Shown here piece by piece: positions 18,902 through 28,014 of a DNA stretch of 64,000 nt (the stretch's first letter is position 1; every line of letters starts with the position of its first letter). The position numbers and the translations under genes were made by a program. The notes under the pieces were generated by a model, which saw nothing but the letters and a program-made list of their open reading frames with translations, made no database searches and was not told the origin of the DNA. Origin of the DNA: Hyphomicrobiales bacterium (lineage in GTDB: Bacteria > Pseudomonadota > Alphaproteobacteria > Rhizobiales > Beijerinckiaceae); the NCBI GenBank assembly GCA_028290705.1, contig JAQGJH010000014.1, positions 7,761 through 71,760 of the forward strand, given 5' to 3'.

Positions 18902-19546
18902 ATGGCGAGGATTTCGCGACTTGAAAAAGCATTGTCGGCGCAGCGTACCGGCCTCATCATGTTCGATTCCCTGAACGGTTACCTGCACCCGCGCGATCCG
19001 GCCAAAGTCAAATTCCTGGAGGAGCGAAGCATCCTGCCGAACATGCAGCGGCTGCTGATGGGGGCGCGCAAGGTCGGGATGAATGCGTTCTATCCCAGCG
19101 GCGCGCATTCGCCGGACGGCTCCGACACGGTGGCGCGGCTGACCGACACGGACATGGACCTCGGCTCGACCGAGAGCGCTTCGGCGGTGATCAAGCCGCG
19201 CTTCTATGCAGGATCGGAAGATTCGAAGATCGCGCCCGAACTTGCGCCCGCGGCGGGCGACGTCGTCATTCCGAAGCATCGCTGGAATTCGTTCTTCCAG
19301 ACGGACCTCGACCTGCAATTGCGGGTGCGGGGCATCGAGACGATCGTGATCGCGGGCGGCTCGACGGACGTCGGCATCGCCAGCACGGTTTTTGCGGCGC
19401 GCGATCTCGACTACGGCATCGTGGTGGCGCGAGACGCGTGTTTTTCGGCGCGCGGCAACAACAATCAGTTCTTCATGGAACGCGTCTTCCCGCGCATGGC
19501 GCGCGTTATGGACGTCGACGACATCGTCGCCCTGATGCGCGCGTGA
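18902..19546 (+). CDS. Isochorismatase/cysteine-hydrolase family protein (Cys-less, YecD-like)
   Basis: MFDSLNG, EL.P..GDVVI.KHRWNSF..TDL...LR.RGIET...AG.STDVGIAST. Confidence 0.88.
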   Translation: MARISRLEKALSAQRTGLIMFDSLNGYLHPRDPAKVKFLEERSILPNMQRLLMGARKVGMNAFYPSGAHSPDGSDTVARLTDTDMDLGSTESASAVIKPRFYAGSEDSKIAPELAPAAGDVVIPKHRWNSFFQTDLDLQLRVRGIETIVIAGGSTDVGIASTVFAARDLDYGIVVARDACFSARGNNNQFFMERVFPRMARVMDVDDIVALMRA

Positions 19547-19550
19547 GGAC

Positions 19551-20360
19551 ATGGTCATGACCAACATCGAAACCCGGACCATCACCTGCGCGGGCGGCAT
19601 GCCGGCCTTCATCGCCAAGCCCGAAGGCGCTGGCCGCAAGCCCGTGGTGGTGCTGATGCACGAGCGCTACGGGCTCGTCGACCACACGCGCGACCTCGCG
19701 AAGCGCTGCGCCAGCGACGGATTCGTGGTCATTGCGCCGAACTTCTTCTTCCGGCATCCGGAGCAGGACGTGCTGAATGCCGGCAATTCGCGCTACGATC
19801 TCACCGATCCGGAATCGGTCGAATTGATCCAGGCGGCCGTCGACGCGGTCGCACAGGATTCGTCGGCGGACATGAGCCGCCTCGCGGTCGCGGGATATTG
19901 CCAGACCGGGCGTCACCCGCTCGTCTACGCCTCGCAGGCCAAGATCTCGGCGGCCATCGTCTGGTACGGCGCGGCGTCGAAGCGCGAGTGGAAGACGAAC
20001 GAATTGCAGCCGCGCCCGCTCGAGGACGTGATCGCCGACCTGACCTGCCCGGTCTTCGGAGCGTTCGGAGCGGCCGACCACATCATCGCGGTCGAGGACG
20101 TGCGCACGATGCGGGACGTGCTCGAGAAGCACAAGAAAACATACGACATCCACGTCTATGCAGGCGCGCCGCACGGCTGGCTGAACGACACGATGCCGGG
20201 ACGCTACCGGAAGCCGCAGGCCGATGCGGGCTGGGCGGCGCAGCAGCGATTCCTCGCAGAAGTGCTGGCCGAAGGCTACAGGACCGACCCGATCACGCAG
20301 CGTTTCGACTGCAGCTTCGGGGCTGACTACGATTTCAGCAAGAACGTTCGCCTGGAGTAA
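19551..20360 (+). CDS. Dienelactone hydrolase family protein
   Basis: VV.MHERYGL, GYCQTG (Cys nucleophile), FGAADH, Y.GAPHGW. Confidence 0.9.
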   Translation: MVMTNIETRTITCAGGMPAFIAKPEGAGRKPVVVLMHERYGLVDHTRDLAKRCASDGFVVIAPNFFFRHPEQDVLNAGNSRYDLTDPESVELIQAAVDAVAQDSSADMSRLAVAGYCQTGRHPLVYASQAKISAAIVWYGAASKREWKTNELQPRPLEDVIADLTCPVFGAFGAADHIIAVEDVRTMRDVLEKHKKTYDIHVYAGAPHGWLNDTMPGRYRKPQADAGWAAQQRFLAEVLAEGYRTDPITQRFDCSFGADYDFSKNVRLE

Positions 20361-20363
20361 GCC

Positions 20364-21119
20364 ATGTCGGGATTTCAGTCGGGCGACGCGATCGTTGTGA
20401 CGGGCGCGGCGCAGGGCATCGGCCGCGCCATCGCGTTGGAAATGGCGCGTCGCGGGGCGCGTTTGGCGCTCTGGGACGTGTCCGCCGAAGGACTGGCTGA
20501 AACGGCGGCGATGTGCGGCGTCACGGGATCCGATCTGCTCGTGCAGAGCGTCGACGTCGGCGATCCGAAAGCGATCGCACGCGCGGCCGACGAAGCCGTC
20601 GCGCATTTCGGCGAGATCTTCGGGCTGGTGAACAATGCGGGAATTTTCCCGCGCGTGGCGATCATGGACGTGACGCCGGAGACCTGGCGGCAGGTGCTGG
20701 GCGTCAATCTGATGGGCACGGTGTTCTGCACACAGGCGCTTGCGCGCGGCATGATCGAGCGTCGGCGGGGCGCCATCGTCAACATGGCCTCGGGCCGCGC
20801 GCTGCAGGGAACGCCGCGCGGCGCGCATTATGCAGCCTCCAAAGCCGGAATCGTGTCGTTCACGAAAAGCAGCGCACTCGAATTCGCCGACCACGGCATC
20901 CGGGTGAATTGCGTCATTCCCGGCGTGACCGAGACGGCGCAGCCGCTCGCCGACACGACGCTCGACGAACTCCGCACGCGCGGACGCAAGATTCCACTCG
21001 GCCGCATCGGCCAGCCGGAGGACATCGCCAAGGTGGTGGCGTTTCTGCTCGGCGATGACGCCGGCTACATGACAGGCCAGTCGGTGGCGGTGAACGGCGG
21101 CGCGATCACGATCCCCTGA
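20364..21119 (+). CDS. Short-chain dehydrogenase/reductase
   Basis: TGAAQGIG, LVNNAG, YAASK, IRVNC..PG, PLGRIG.PED. Confidence 0.92.
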   Translation: MSGFQSGDAIVVTGAAQGIGRAIALEMARRGARLALWDVSAEGLAETAAMCGVTGSDLLVQSVDVGDPKAIARAADEAVAHFGEIFGLVNNAGIFPRVAIMDVTPETWRQVLGVNLMGTVFCTQALARGMIERRRGAIVNMASGRALQGTPRGAHYAASKAGIVSFTKSSALEFADHGIRVNCVIPGVTETAQPLADTTLDELRTRGRKIPLGRIGQPEDIAKVVAFLLGDDAGYMTGQSVAVNGGAITIP

Positions 21120-21135
21120 TCGCGCCTGACCGAAA

Positions 21136-21990
21136 TCAGCCGATCTCGATGTCGAGACCGAGATCGAGGATCGGCGCGGAATGGGTGAGCGCGCCCGACG
21201 AAATCAGGTCGACACCCGTCTCGGCAATGCCCTTCACGGTGTCCTTGTTGATGCCACCCGAGGCTTCGAGCTTGACGCGGCCCGCACAGATCTTCACGGC
21301 CTCGCGCATGTCGTCGAGCGACATGTTGTCGAGCAGCACGAAATCCGCGCCCTCCTCCACGACCTCGCGCAATTGATCGAGATTGTCGACTTCGATCTCG
21401 ACCTTGACGAGGTGACCGGCCGCGGCTTTCGCGGCCCGTAGCGCGGCGCGCGTGCCGCCCGCCACCGCAATGTGGTTGTCCTTGATGAGGAACGCGTCGT
21501 CGAGACCGAAGCGGTGATTCATCGCGCCGCCGCAGCGCACGGCATATTTCTCGAAGGCGCGCAGGCCCGGCGTGGTCTTGCGCGTGCAGCAGATCTTCGC
21601 GTTCGTGTGTGCGACCAGCGCGACATATTCCGCCGTGAGCGTGGCGATGCCCGACAGCCGGCAGGTGTAGTTCAGGGCCACCCGCTCGGCCGTGAGGATC
21701 GCGCGCGCATTGCCTGCGATGCGGGCCACGGCGGTCTTTGCCGGCACATGCGCGCCGTCCTCGACCAGCGCCTCGAAGCGGAGCGACGGATCGATGATGC
21801 GGAACGCGGCCTCGGCAATGGCCAGTCCCGAGATGACGCCGGGCTTGCGCGCGGCCATGACGGCGCTGGCCTGCATGCCGGCCGGGATCGTCGCCTGGGA
21901 GGTGATGTCGCCGGCGCGGCCGAGATCTTCGTCGAGCGCCGCGCGCACGGCCGCTTCGAGAAGGATGGGGTTGAAGAAGGTCAGGGACAT
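21136..21990 (-). CDS. nadC: Quinolinate phosphoribosyltransferase (OphE-like copy in phthalate operon)
   Basis: EDLG..GDITS, AERVALN, TRKTTPGLR..EKYAV..GG..NHRFGLDD..LIKDNH, EIEVD, LLDNM, EASGGI, SGALTHS. Confidence 0.95.
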   Translation of the reverse strand: MSLTFFNPILLEAAVRAALDEDLGRAGDITSQATIPAGMQASAVMAARKPGVISGLAIAEAAFRIIDPSLRFEALVEDGAHVPAKTAVARIAGNARAILTAERVALNYTCRLSGIATLTAEYVALVAHTNAKICCTRKTTPGLRAFEKYAVRCGGAMNHRFGLDDAFLIKDNHIAVAGGTRAALRAAKAAAGHLVKVEIEVDNLDQLREVVEEGADFVLLDNMSLDDMREAVKICAGRVKLEASGGINKDTVKGIAETGVDLISSGALTHSAPILDLGLDIEIG

Positions 21991-22053
21991 GGCGTGTTCC
22001 GGTTGGGTTTCGGGACTTATCGAAGGTCGGCGGTCAAGATGCAAGGCGGCGGG

Positions 22054-22626
22054 TCAGGCCTCGCCGGCGACACGACGCAGGCGGCCGGAAAGTTCGCGGG
22101 TCGAGGGAATGCGGCGCGTCTCGGTCGCCTGCGCTTCGTCCTGCGCGAGATTGTCGATCATGGCGAGCAGAGCCTTGCGCATGGTGGCGATTTCGTCATC
22201 CGCCAACCCCGTGACGGCGATGCGGTTGACCTCCTCGGCATAGGGCACCAGCGTATCCCGCAGGGCGCGGCCATCGGGCGTGAGATGAATGAATACCTGC
22301 TTGCGGTCGCCGGGCTTCTGGCGCCGCTCGATGTAGCCGAGCTTTTCCATCGTCCGCAGCGCCGAGAAGGTGGTGGGCTCCATGACGCCCGCCTGCTCGC
22401 TGAGCGCCCGCTGGGTGATGCCGTCGCGATTCCAGAGAATGCGCAGGAAGGTCCAGTGTCCGAACGAGACGGAATGTTCCGCCAGGCGCATCTGCAGCGC
22501 GCGGGCGAGGCCGCGGCTCGCATCCTTGATGAGATGCGCCAGCCGGTCGTCCGGGACCGCTTCGCGCCAATGATGCAGGATCGCCTGCGTGAGCGCCGGC
22601 GGCTTCTTTGCTGAACGCTCAACCAT
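22054..22626 (-). CDS. MarR-family regulator (OphR-like)
   Basis: W..LRILW..DG.TQR.L, PT...L..MEK.GYI.R.....DR.....LT..G; co-transcribed with ophA1-ophB. Confidence 0.9.
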   Translation of the reverse strand: MVERSAKKPPALTQAILHHWREAVPDDRLAHLIKDASRGLARALQMRLAEHSVSFGHWTFLRILWNRDGITQRALSEQAGVMEPTTFSALRTMEKLGYIERRQKPGDRKQVFIHLTPDGRALRDTLVPYAEEVNRIAVTGLADDEIATMRKALLAMIDNLAQDEAQATETRRIPSTRELSGRLRRVAGEA

Positions 22627-23827
22627 GCGCTGCCAACTCCCGGGGCAATCCGACCTGATGACGAAGTGAGATCTCGCGGCCTTCGCGCGAGGATTGCAGA
22701 AGCGCGAGACAGACCTCCATGGTGGCCATGCTCCACGCGCCCGAATGCAGCGGCGCGACATCGTGCAGGACGGCAGCCACGAGTTCGTCCATCACCTCCG
22801 AGCGCGGGACGCTGGGCGGCGGAAGGGGCACGAAATCCTGTGCGGCATCGCCATAGATGCGAACGCCGTCGGGAAATGGGCGAAGGTCTGCGCGGTCACA
22901 GGATGCGATCAGCAGGCCGAACTGCTGGTGCTGACGGCCCCCGGCGGCGGACGCGTCGGCATAGTCGGAACCGCCGTAGTTTTTCGCATTCTTCAATGCG
23001 GTTTCCTGGGCGAGGTCGCTCGAAGCCGAGAGCGCGGCACGCGTCGCACCGTATTTCGCGGGATCTTTCGGCAGGCCGCTTTCCGCGATCCAGTTGCAGA
23101 ACTCGTCCGAGTCGAAATGCGCGTAGCCGCTGTATGTCATGGTGGCGGAGACGCCATTTTCGAAGGTCAGCAGGGCATTGTAGGCGCCCTCTGTCGGGCG
23201 GGCAGGATCCCAGACTCCCGTCGTCGCGCGCACGCTCGAAAGCAGGCCGCCGCCGATCAGACGGATCATCTCGACCTGATGCGGCGCCTGATTGTAAACC
23301 GCGCCGCCGCCCTGCCGCGTATCGAGTTCCTCGGGACGCCGCGGGCGATAGAGAAAGTCCGTGAAGTTCATCGCGGTGATCATGCGCAGGCGTCCATGGA
23401 CGCCGCTTTCGATCAATTGGCGGGTCTTCAGGATGGGTGCGTCGAAGGAATGGCTGTGGCCGACGACGAGGTGAACGCCCGCCCGGTCCGCCGCGTCGAT
23501 CATGGCGCGGCACTGGTCGAGTTCGAGCGCCATGGGTTTTTCAACCAGCGCATGCTTGCCGCGCGCCGCCGCGATGGAGACCTGCGGCGCGTGAAACTGA
23601 TGCGGCGAGGCGATGTAGACGGCGTCCACGGCGTCGTCGGCGCAGAGCGATTCCATCGTGTCATGGGCGCGGCCGCCGAAGTCCTGCACGAAGCGGTCGC
23701 GCGCCTCCTCGCGCGGATCGAACCCCGCCACGATTTCGATGCGGGGATCCCCCCGGAAGGTCGGGATCATGAACGAGAAGGCACGGCCGAGCCCGGCGAT
23801 TCCCAGCCTCACCTTGCGGTCGCTCAT
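22619..23827 (-). CDS. ophB: Phthalate 4,5-cis-dihydrodiol dehydrogenase (Gfo/Idh/MocA family)
   Basis: GIAGLGRAF..M.PTF..DPR, YIASPHQFH, VEKPMA, GHSHSFD, TDFLYRPRRPEELDT..GGG; between reductase and MarR, next to ophA2. Confidence 0.88.
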   Translation of the reverse strand: MSDRKVRLGIAGLGRAFSFMIPTFRGDPRIEIVAGFDPREEARDRFVQDFGGRAHDTMESLCADDAVDAVYIASPHQFHAPQVSIAAARGKHALVEKPMALELDQCRAMIDAADRAGVHLVVGHSHSFDAPILKTRQLIESGVHGRLRMITAMNFTDFLYRPRRPEELDTRQGGGAVYNQAPHQVEMIRLIGGGLLSSVRATTGVWDPARPTEGAYNALLTFENGVSATMTYSGYAHFDSDEFCNWIAESGLPKDPAKYGATRAALSASSDLAQETALKNAKNYGGSDYADASAAGGRQHQQFGLLIASCDRADLRPFPDGVRIYGDAAQDFVPLPPPSVPRSEVMDELVAAVLHDVAPLHSGAWSMATMEVCLALLQSSREGREISLRHQVGLPRELAAHG

Positions 23828-23845
23828 CGGTCGCGCCTTTCGATG

Positions 23846-24805
23846 TCAGAGATCTATGGTGATCTCGTCGCCCATGGCGCGCGAAACGCAGACCATGATG
23901 TTTTCCGGTTGTTCGTAATCCGACAGCACGAGGTCGCGGTGATCCACCTCGCCTTCGACCAGCTTCGTCTTGCACGAACCGCAGGTGCCGCTCTCGCAGG
24001 AACTCGGCACGGCATGGCCGTTCTCGCGCAGCACTTCGAGGATCGTCTTGCCGACCGGGACCTCGTAGCTTGCGCCGCTGCCCGCGACCTTCACGCGGAA
24101 CGGCTTGTCCTCCGGCTTGGTCATCGCACCCGGAGGCGTGAAATCCTCGAAATGGACTTTCGCCGTCGACCAGTGTCCGGTCATGTCGCGCACCGCCTGC
24201 ATCAGGGCGCGCGGGCCGCAGCAATAAAGGTGCTGCGCGCCGGGCTTTTCCAGCACGGGCCAGAGATCGAGCGCATCGTCGGGATTGCCGCCATCGTGGT
24301 GGATCGTCACCATGCCGCGAAATTCCGGCTGCTTCAGTTCGTCGAGAAAGGCCGTCATCTCCGGCGAGCGCGACAGGTAGAAGAGCTTGAATCGCCCTTC
24401 GCCGGTCGCGCGGATGTGGCGGATCATCGACAGGATCGGGGTGATGCCGATACCGCCCGCAATGAAGAGATATTGCGGCGACTTCGCCAATTCGAAATCG
24501 TTGCGGGGCGGCTCCACCTGAATGTCGTCGCCGACCTTCGCGTGATCGATGAGGCTGACCGAGCCGCCGCGCCCGTTCGTCTCGCGTTTGACTGCAATGC
24601 AGTAATGGTCCCGCTCGGCGGGATCATTACACAGGGAATATTTGCGCAACTCACCATTGGGCACCCGCAGAGACAGATGCGCGCCCGGCGTGAATTCAGG
24701 CAAGTCCCCGTCATCGGGGCGGCGCAGCTCGAAAAATTCGATGTCCTGCGCGGCTGGCTGCTTCTGCGCGATGCGCAGGGTCATCAGTTCGACGTCATCC
24801 GACAC
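23846..24805 (-). CDS. ophA1: Phthalate dioxygenase reductase (PDR/VanB family, FMN + [2Fe-2S])
   Basis: RKYSLCND, GRGGS, AGGIGITP, YCCGP, SSCESGTCGSC, CVSRA; GTG start after GGAGG. Confidence 0.9.
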   Translation of the reverse strand: MSDDVELMTLRIAQKQPAAQDIEFFELRRPDDGDLPEFTPGAHLSLRVPNGELRKYSLCNDPAERDHYCIAVKRETNGRGGSVSLIDHAKVGDDIQVEPPRNDFELAKSPQYLFIAGGIGITPILSMIRHIRATGEGRFKLFYLSRSPEMTAFLDELKQPEFRGMVTIHHDGGNPDDALDLWPVLEKPGAQHLYCCGPRALMQAVRDMTGHWSTAKVHFEDFTPPGAMTKPEDKPFRVKVAGSGASYEVPVGKTILEVLRENGHAVPSSCESGTCGSCKTKLVEGEVDHRDLVLSDYEQPENIMVCVSRAMGDEITIDL

Positions 24806-24860
24806 GTCATGCTCCTCCCTGGCCGAGGCTTGGCCGCCAGCCCAGATGTTTGGCCGATAG

Positions 24861-24975
24861 TTAGAGGTCTAAACATCACCGCGCAAGGGCCAGGTCCGAA
24901 AGTCGACGCGGGGCGACCGGCGATTTTGAGCGTGGACAAATCAGGGAGCCTGCGCTACTTACTTAGAGGTCTAAG
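24861..24975. promoter_or_regulatory. Duplicated palindromic operator TTAGAGGTCTAA in the ophA1/ophA2 divergent promoter
   Basis: Identical 12-mers at 24861-24872 and 24963-24974 (TTAGA-GG-TCTAA). The second lies just after TGGACA-N17-TACTTA (24933-24961). Confidence 0.7.
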
Positions 24976-25040
24976 AATGCTGCGAAGCAACAGAGGACGG
25001 CGTCGGCCGAGCTTCCGTTGATACTCATGGAGGAACACCC

Positions 25041-26348
25041 ATGCTCACCCAACAGGAAAACGACCTTCTGTGCCGTGTCGAGGGCGACGCTCCCATGGGC
25101 CAGATCATGCGCCGGCACTGGATCCCTGCGTGCCTGAGCGAAGAAGTGCCAGAGCCCGATGGCGACCCTCTGAAGGTGCGGCTGTTTGGCGAGGATCTGG
25201 TGGTGTTTCGCGACACCGACGGTCGCGTCGGCCTGCTCGACGAGATGTGCCCGCACCGGCGCGCGTCGCTGGCCTTCGGGCGCAACGAGGAATGCGGCCT
25301 GCGCTGCCTTTATCACGGCTGGAAGATCGACGTGGACGGCAACGTCGTCGAAATGTCCTCCGAGCCGCCGGGCAGCGGATTCGCCGAAAAAGTGAAGCAC
25401 AAATCCTACCCGACGCACGAGGCCGCGGGTTTCGTCTGGACCTATATGGGACCGGCCGACGAGATGCCGGAGTTCACTCCGCCGGTGTTCCAGCCGACGC
25501 CCGACACGCGCATCTCGATCGCCAAGATCCACATCGACTGCAACTGGGCGCAAATTCTCGAAGGCGCGATCGATTCCGCCCATAGCTCGAGCCTGCATTC
25601 CTCCGACATGGTGCCGGCGCGTGTCGCGGGCGCCGAGGCCACCGACGTCAACTGGCTGCGCCCGTCGACCGACAAGGCTCCGCGCATGCAGGTGCAGCAT
25701 ACGAGTTTCGGCTTCCGCTACGCGGCGATCCGCCGGCCGATCAACAATCCGCAGACGCACGACTACGTGCGCACGACCCTGTTCATCGCGCCCTATACGG
25801 CGCTGATCCCGCCCAACAACATGTACAATGTCGCGATCGTGCACGTGCCGACCGACGACACCCATACCGCCTTCCACTTCATCGCCTTCGGGGGCGCGAC
25901 GACGCCCGGCACCGAGGAGTGGCGCAAGTTCCTGCACGCGCAGGTCGGCATCGACGTCGACAAGCACTTCCGCAAGAAGCGCACGCGCGCCAACAATTAC
26001 CTGCAGGATCGCACCCTGATGAAACTCGGGAATTTTACCGGCATCCCGGGCATTCCCAACCAGGACATCGTGATGTGGGAAACCATGGGGCCGATCGCCG
26101 ACCGGACGTTCGACCGTCTCGGGGCGAGCGACATCGCCATCGTGGAATTCCGCAAGCAGATGGTCGCGGCCGCAAAAACCATGCAGGCGGGCGGACCCGC
26201 CATCGGCACGGTCGAGCCGCGCCTGCCCCACAACAAGCTCCGCTCGTTCGAGGGTGTGGTGCCCAAGACGACCGACTGGCGCGTCATGGGGCTGACGCCG
26301 GAAGAAATGGCGCATGGAGCGCTTGCCACCAGCACCGCGGCAGAATGA
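25041..26348 (+). CDS. ophA2: Phthalate 4,5-dioxygenase oxygenase subunit (Rieske)
   Basis: MLTQQENDLLCRVEGDAPMGQ.MRRHW N-terminus, CPHR...CLYHGW Rieske motif, EGAIDSAHSSSLH, NWLRPSTDKAPR, PNQD; closely resembles OphA2/Pht3 as I recall it. Confidence 0.92.
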   Translation: MLTQQENDLLCRVEGDAPMGQIMRRHWIPACLSEEVPEPDGDPLKVRLFGEDLVVFRDTDGRVGLLDEMCPHRRASLAFGRNEECGLRCLYHGWKIDVDGNVVEMSSEPPGSGFAEKVKHKSYPTHEAAGFVWTYMGPADEMPEFTPPVFQPTPDTRISIAKIHIDCNWAQILEGAIDSAHSSSLHSSDMVPARVAGAEATDVNWLRPSTDKAPRMQVQHTSFGFRYAAIRRPINNPQTHDYVRTTLFIAPYTALIPPNNMYNVAIVHVPTDDTHTAFHFIAFGGATTPGTEEWRKFLHAQVGIDVDKHFRKKRTRANNYLQDRTLMKLGNFTGIPGIPNQDIVMWETMGPIADRTFDRLGASDIAIVEFRKQMVAAAKTMQAGGPAIGTVEPRLPHNKLRSFEGVVPKTTDWRVMGLTPEEMAHGALATSTAAE

Positions 26349-26455
26349 TCGCACGCGCATGACTCGCGCGCCCTCCGCAGCTACAAAGGGCGGAGGGCGG
26401 ACACAGCGGGGCTGCCGTCCTCCTCCGCGCCACGCGTCCCGCCAAGAAGGTTCGA

Positions 26456-27961
26456 ATGCACGACCTCGATGAAGCCCACGATCATGCCGGCATGTCGGAA
26501 GAAGACAAGGCCGCAATGGCCGCCTGGATCTGGAGCCAGGAAACCGTCGAGCTGAAGACGATCGGCATCGATATCGGCAGTTCGACGTCGCATCTGCTGT
26601 TCGCGAAGGTCACGTTGCAACGCCAGTCGCAGGGACTGTCGAGCCGCTTTCTCGTGACGCGCCGCGACGTGCTCTGGCGCTCGCCCATCATGCTGACGCC
26701 GTTCCTGCCGAATGGCACGATCGATGCGCGGACGCTCGAGGATTTCATTCGCGAAGCCTATGCGGCAGCGGGCTTCCGTCGCGAGGACGTGGACACGGGT
26801 GCGGTCATCCTGACGGGCGAGGCCATCAAGCGCACCAACGCGCGCGCCATCGACGAATTGTTTGCCGAAGAGGCCGGCAAGTTCGTCTGCGCGACCGCGG
26901 GCCACAAGCTCGAATGCACGCTGGCGGCGCATGGATCGGGCGCGGTGGCGCTGTCGAAGGCGCAGGATGCCGTCGTGCTGCACGTCGACATCGGCGGCGG
27001 CACCACGAAGCTGTCGCTGATCGATCGCGGAATCATTCGCAGCGTCGCGGCCTTTGCGGTCGGCGGCCGCCTGCTCGCGCAGGACAGTCGCGGCGGCTGG
27101 ACGCGCGTCGACGAATCCGCACAGCTCGTCGCCGACGAACTGGGACTCGCGACGACGCCCGGCGCGCTCTCCAATCTGATGACGCGCAAGAAGATCGCGG
27201 AACGCCTCGCCGACGTGGCTGTCGACCAGATCACCGGCGGGGCGTCTGACGATCTCGGCCACAAGCTCGAACTGACAGAGCCACTCGACCGCAGCCTCGC
27301 GCCCACCATCCTGACGTTCTCGGGCGGCGTGTCCGAGTATATTTTCGGGACCGAAGAGGCCGAATACGGCGACATCGCCAAGCTGCTGGCGACCGCCATC
27401 CGGGCGAAGCTCGCGGCGCGATCCACCCTGCCGATCAGTGATCCGGGCAACCGCATTCGCGCCACCGTGATCGGCGCGTCGCAATTCACCGTGCAGGTCA
27501 GCGGCAAGACGATCTACCTGCCGCCCGACGGTTCGCTGCCGGTGCACAACGTGCCGGTCATCCAGGTGGGCATGGACCTGTCGGACGACATCGCCCCGGA
27601 GGAGATCACGAAGCGCATCCTCGACAAGATCGCGCAGCTGGATCTCGAACCCTCTGCCCGCATGGCGATTGCGTTTCCGTGGCGTGGCGATCCGGAATAC
27701 AGCCGCCTCGCCGCGGCGGCGGGCGCCATCAGGGCCGCGGTCGCGCCTGACGGGCGGCGCAACAACCTGCTGCTGCTGATGATCGACGGCGACGTCGGCC
27801 GCACGATGGGCCGCCTGCTGTCGGACGAGATCGGACTCGACGGTCCGCTGGTGTCCATCGACGGCGTGCAGCTTCAGGAACTCGATTACGTGGATGTGGG
27901 CGAGTTGATTTCGCCACCCGGCGTCGTGCCGGTGGTCATCAAGTCGCTTCTCTTCTCATGA
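26456..27961 (+). CDS. EutA-like (ethanolamine ammonia-lyase reactivase family) ASKHA ATPase, orphan
   Basis: IGIDIGSSTSHL.F, RSPI.LTP, DTGAVILTGEA...NAR, FVCATAG..LE..LAA.GSGA, DIGGGTT, FSGGVSE, IRATVIGASQFT.QVSG.TI, VPVVIKSL.F. Confidence 0.88.
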   Translation: MHDLDEAHDHAGMSEEDKAAMAAWIWSQETVELKTIGIDIGSSTSHLLFAKVTLQRQSQGLSSRFLVTRRDVLWRSPIMLTPFLPNGTIDARTLEDFIREAYAAAGFRREDVDTGAVILTGEAIKRTNARAIDELFAEEAGKFVCATAGHKLECTLAAHGSGAVALSKAQDAVVLHVDIGGGTTKLSLIDRGIIRSVAAFAVGGRLLAQDSRGGWTRVDESAQLVADELGLATTPGALSNLMTRKKIAERLADVAVDQITGGASDDLGHKLELTEPLDRSLAPTILTFSGGVSEYIFGTEEAEYGDIAKLLATAIRAKLAARSTLPISDPGNRIRATVIGASQFTVQVSGKTIYLPPDGSLPVHNVPVIQVGMDLSDDIAPEEITKRILDKIAQLDLEPSARMAIAFPWRGDPEYSRLAAAAGAIRAAVAPDGRRNNLLLLMIDGDVGRTMGRLLSDEIGLDGPLVSIDGVQLQELDYVDVGELISPPGVVPVVIKSLLFS

Positions 27962-28014
27962 AGGATCGTCCGGCCGCAGAGCCGGACGTACGAACGACAA
28001 GACGGGAGGTCAGC

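Noticed and set aside
21136-21990. ModD (Mo-linked NadC paralogue)
   Set aside because: Canonical NadC motifs (RKTTPGLR, KDNH, GALTHS) and location in the oph operon rather than the Mo/W block.
26456-27961. Ethanolamine utilisation locus
   Set aside because: No eutB, eutC, eutH, shell genes or cobalamin riboswitch is seen in the window.
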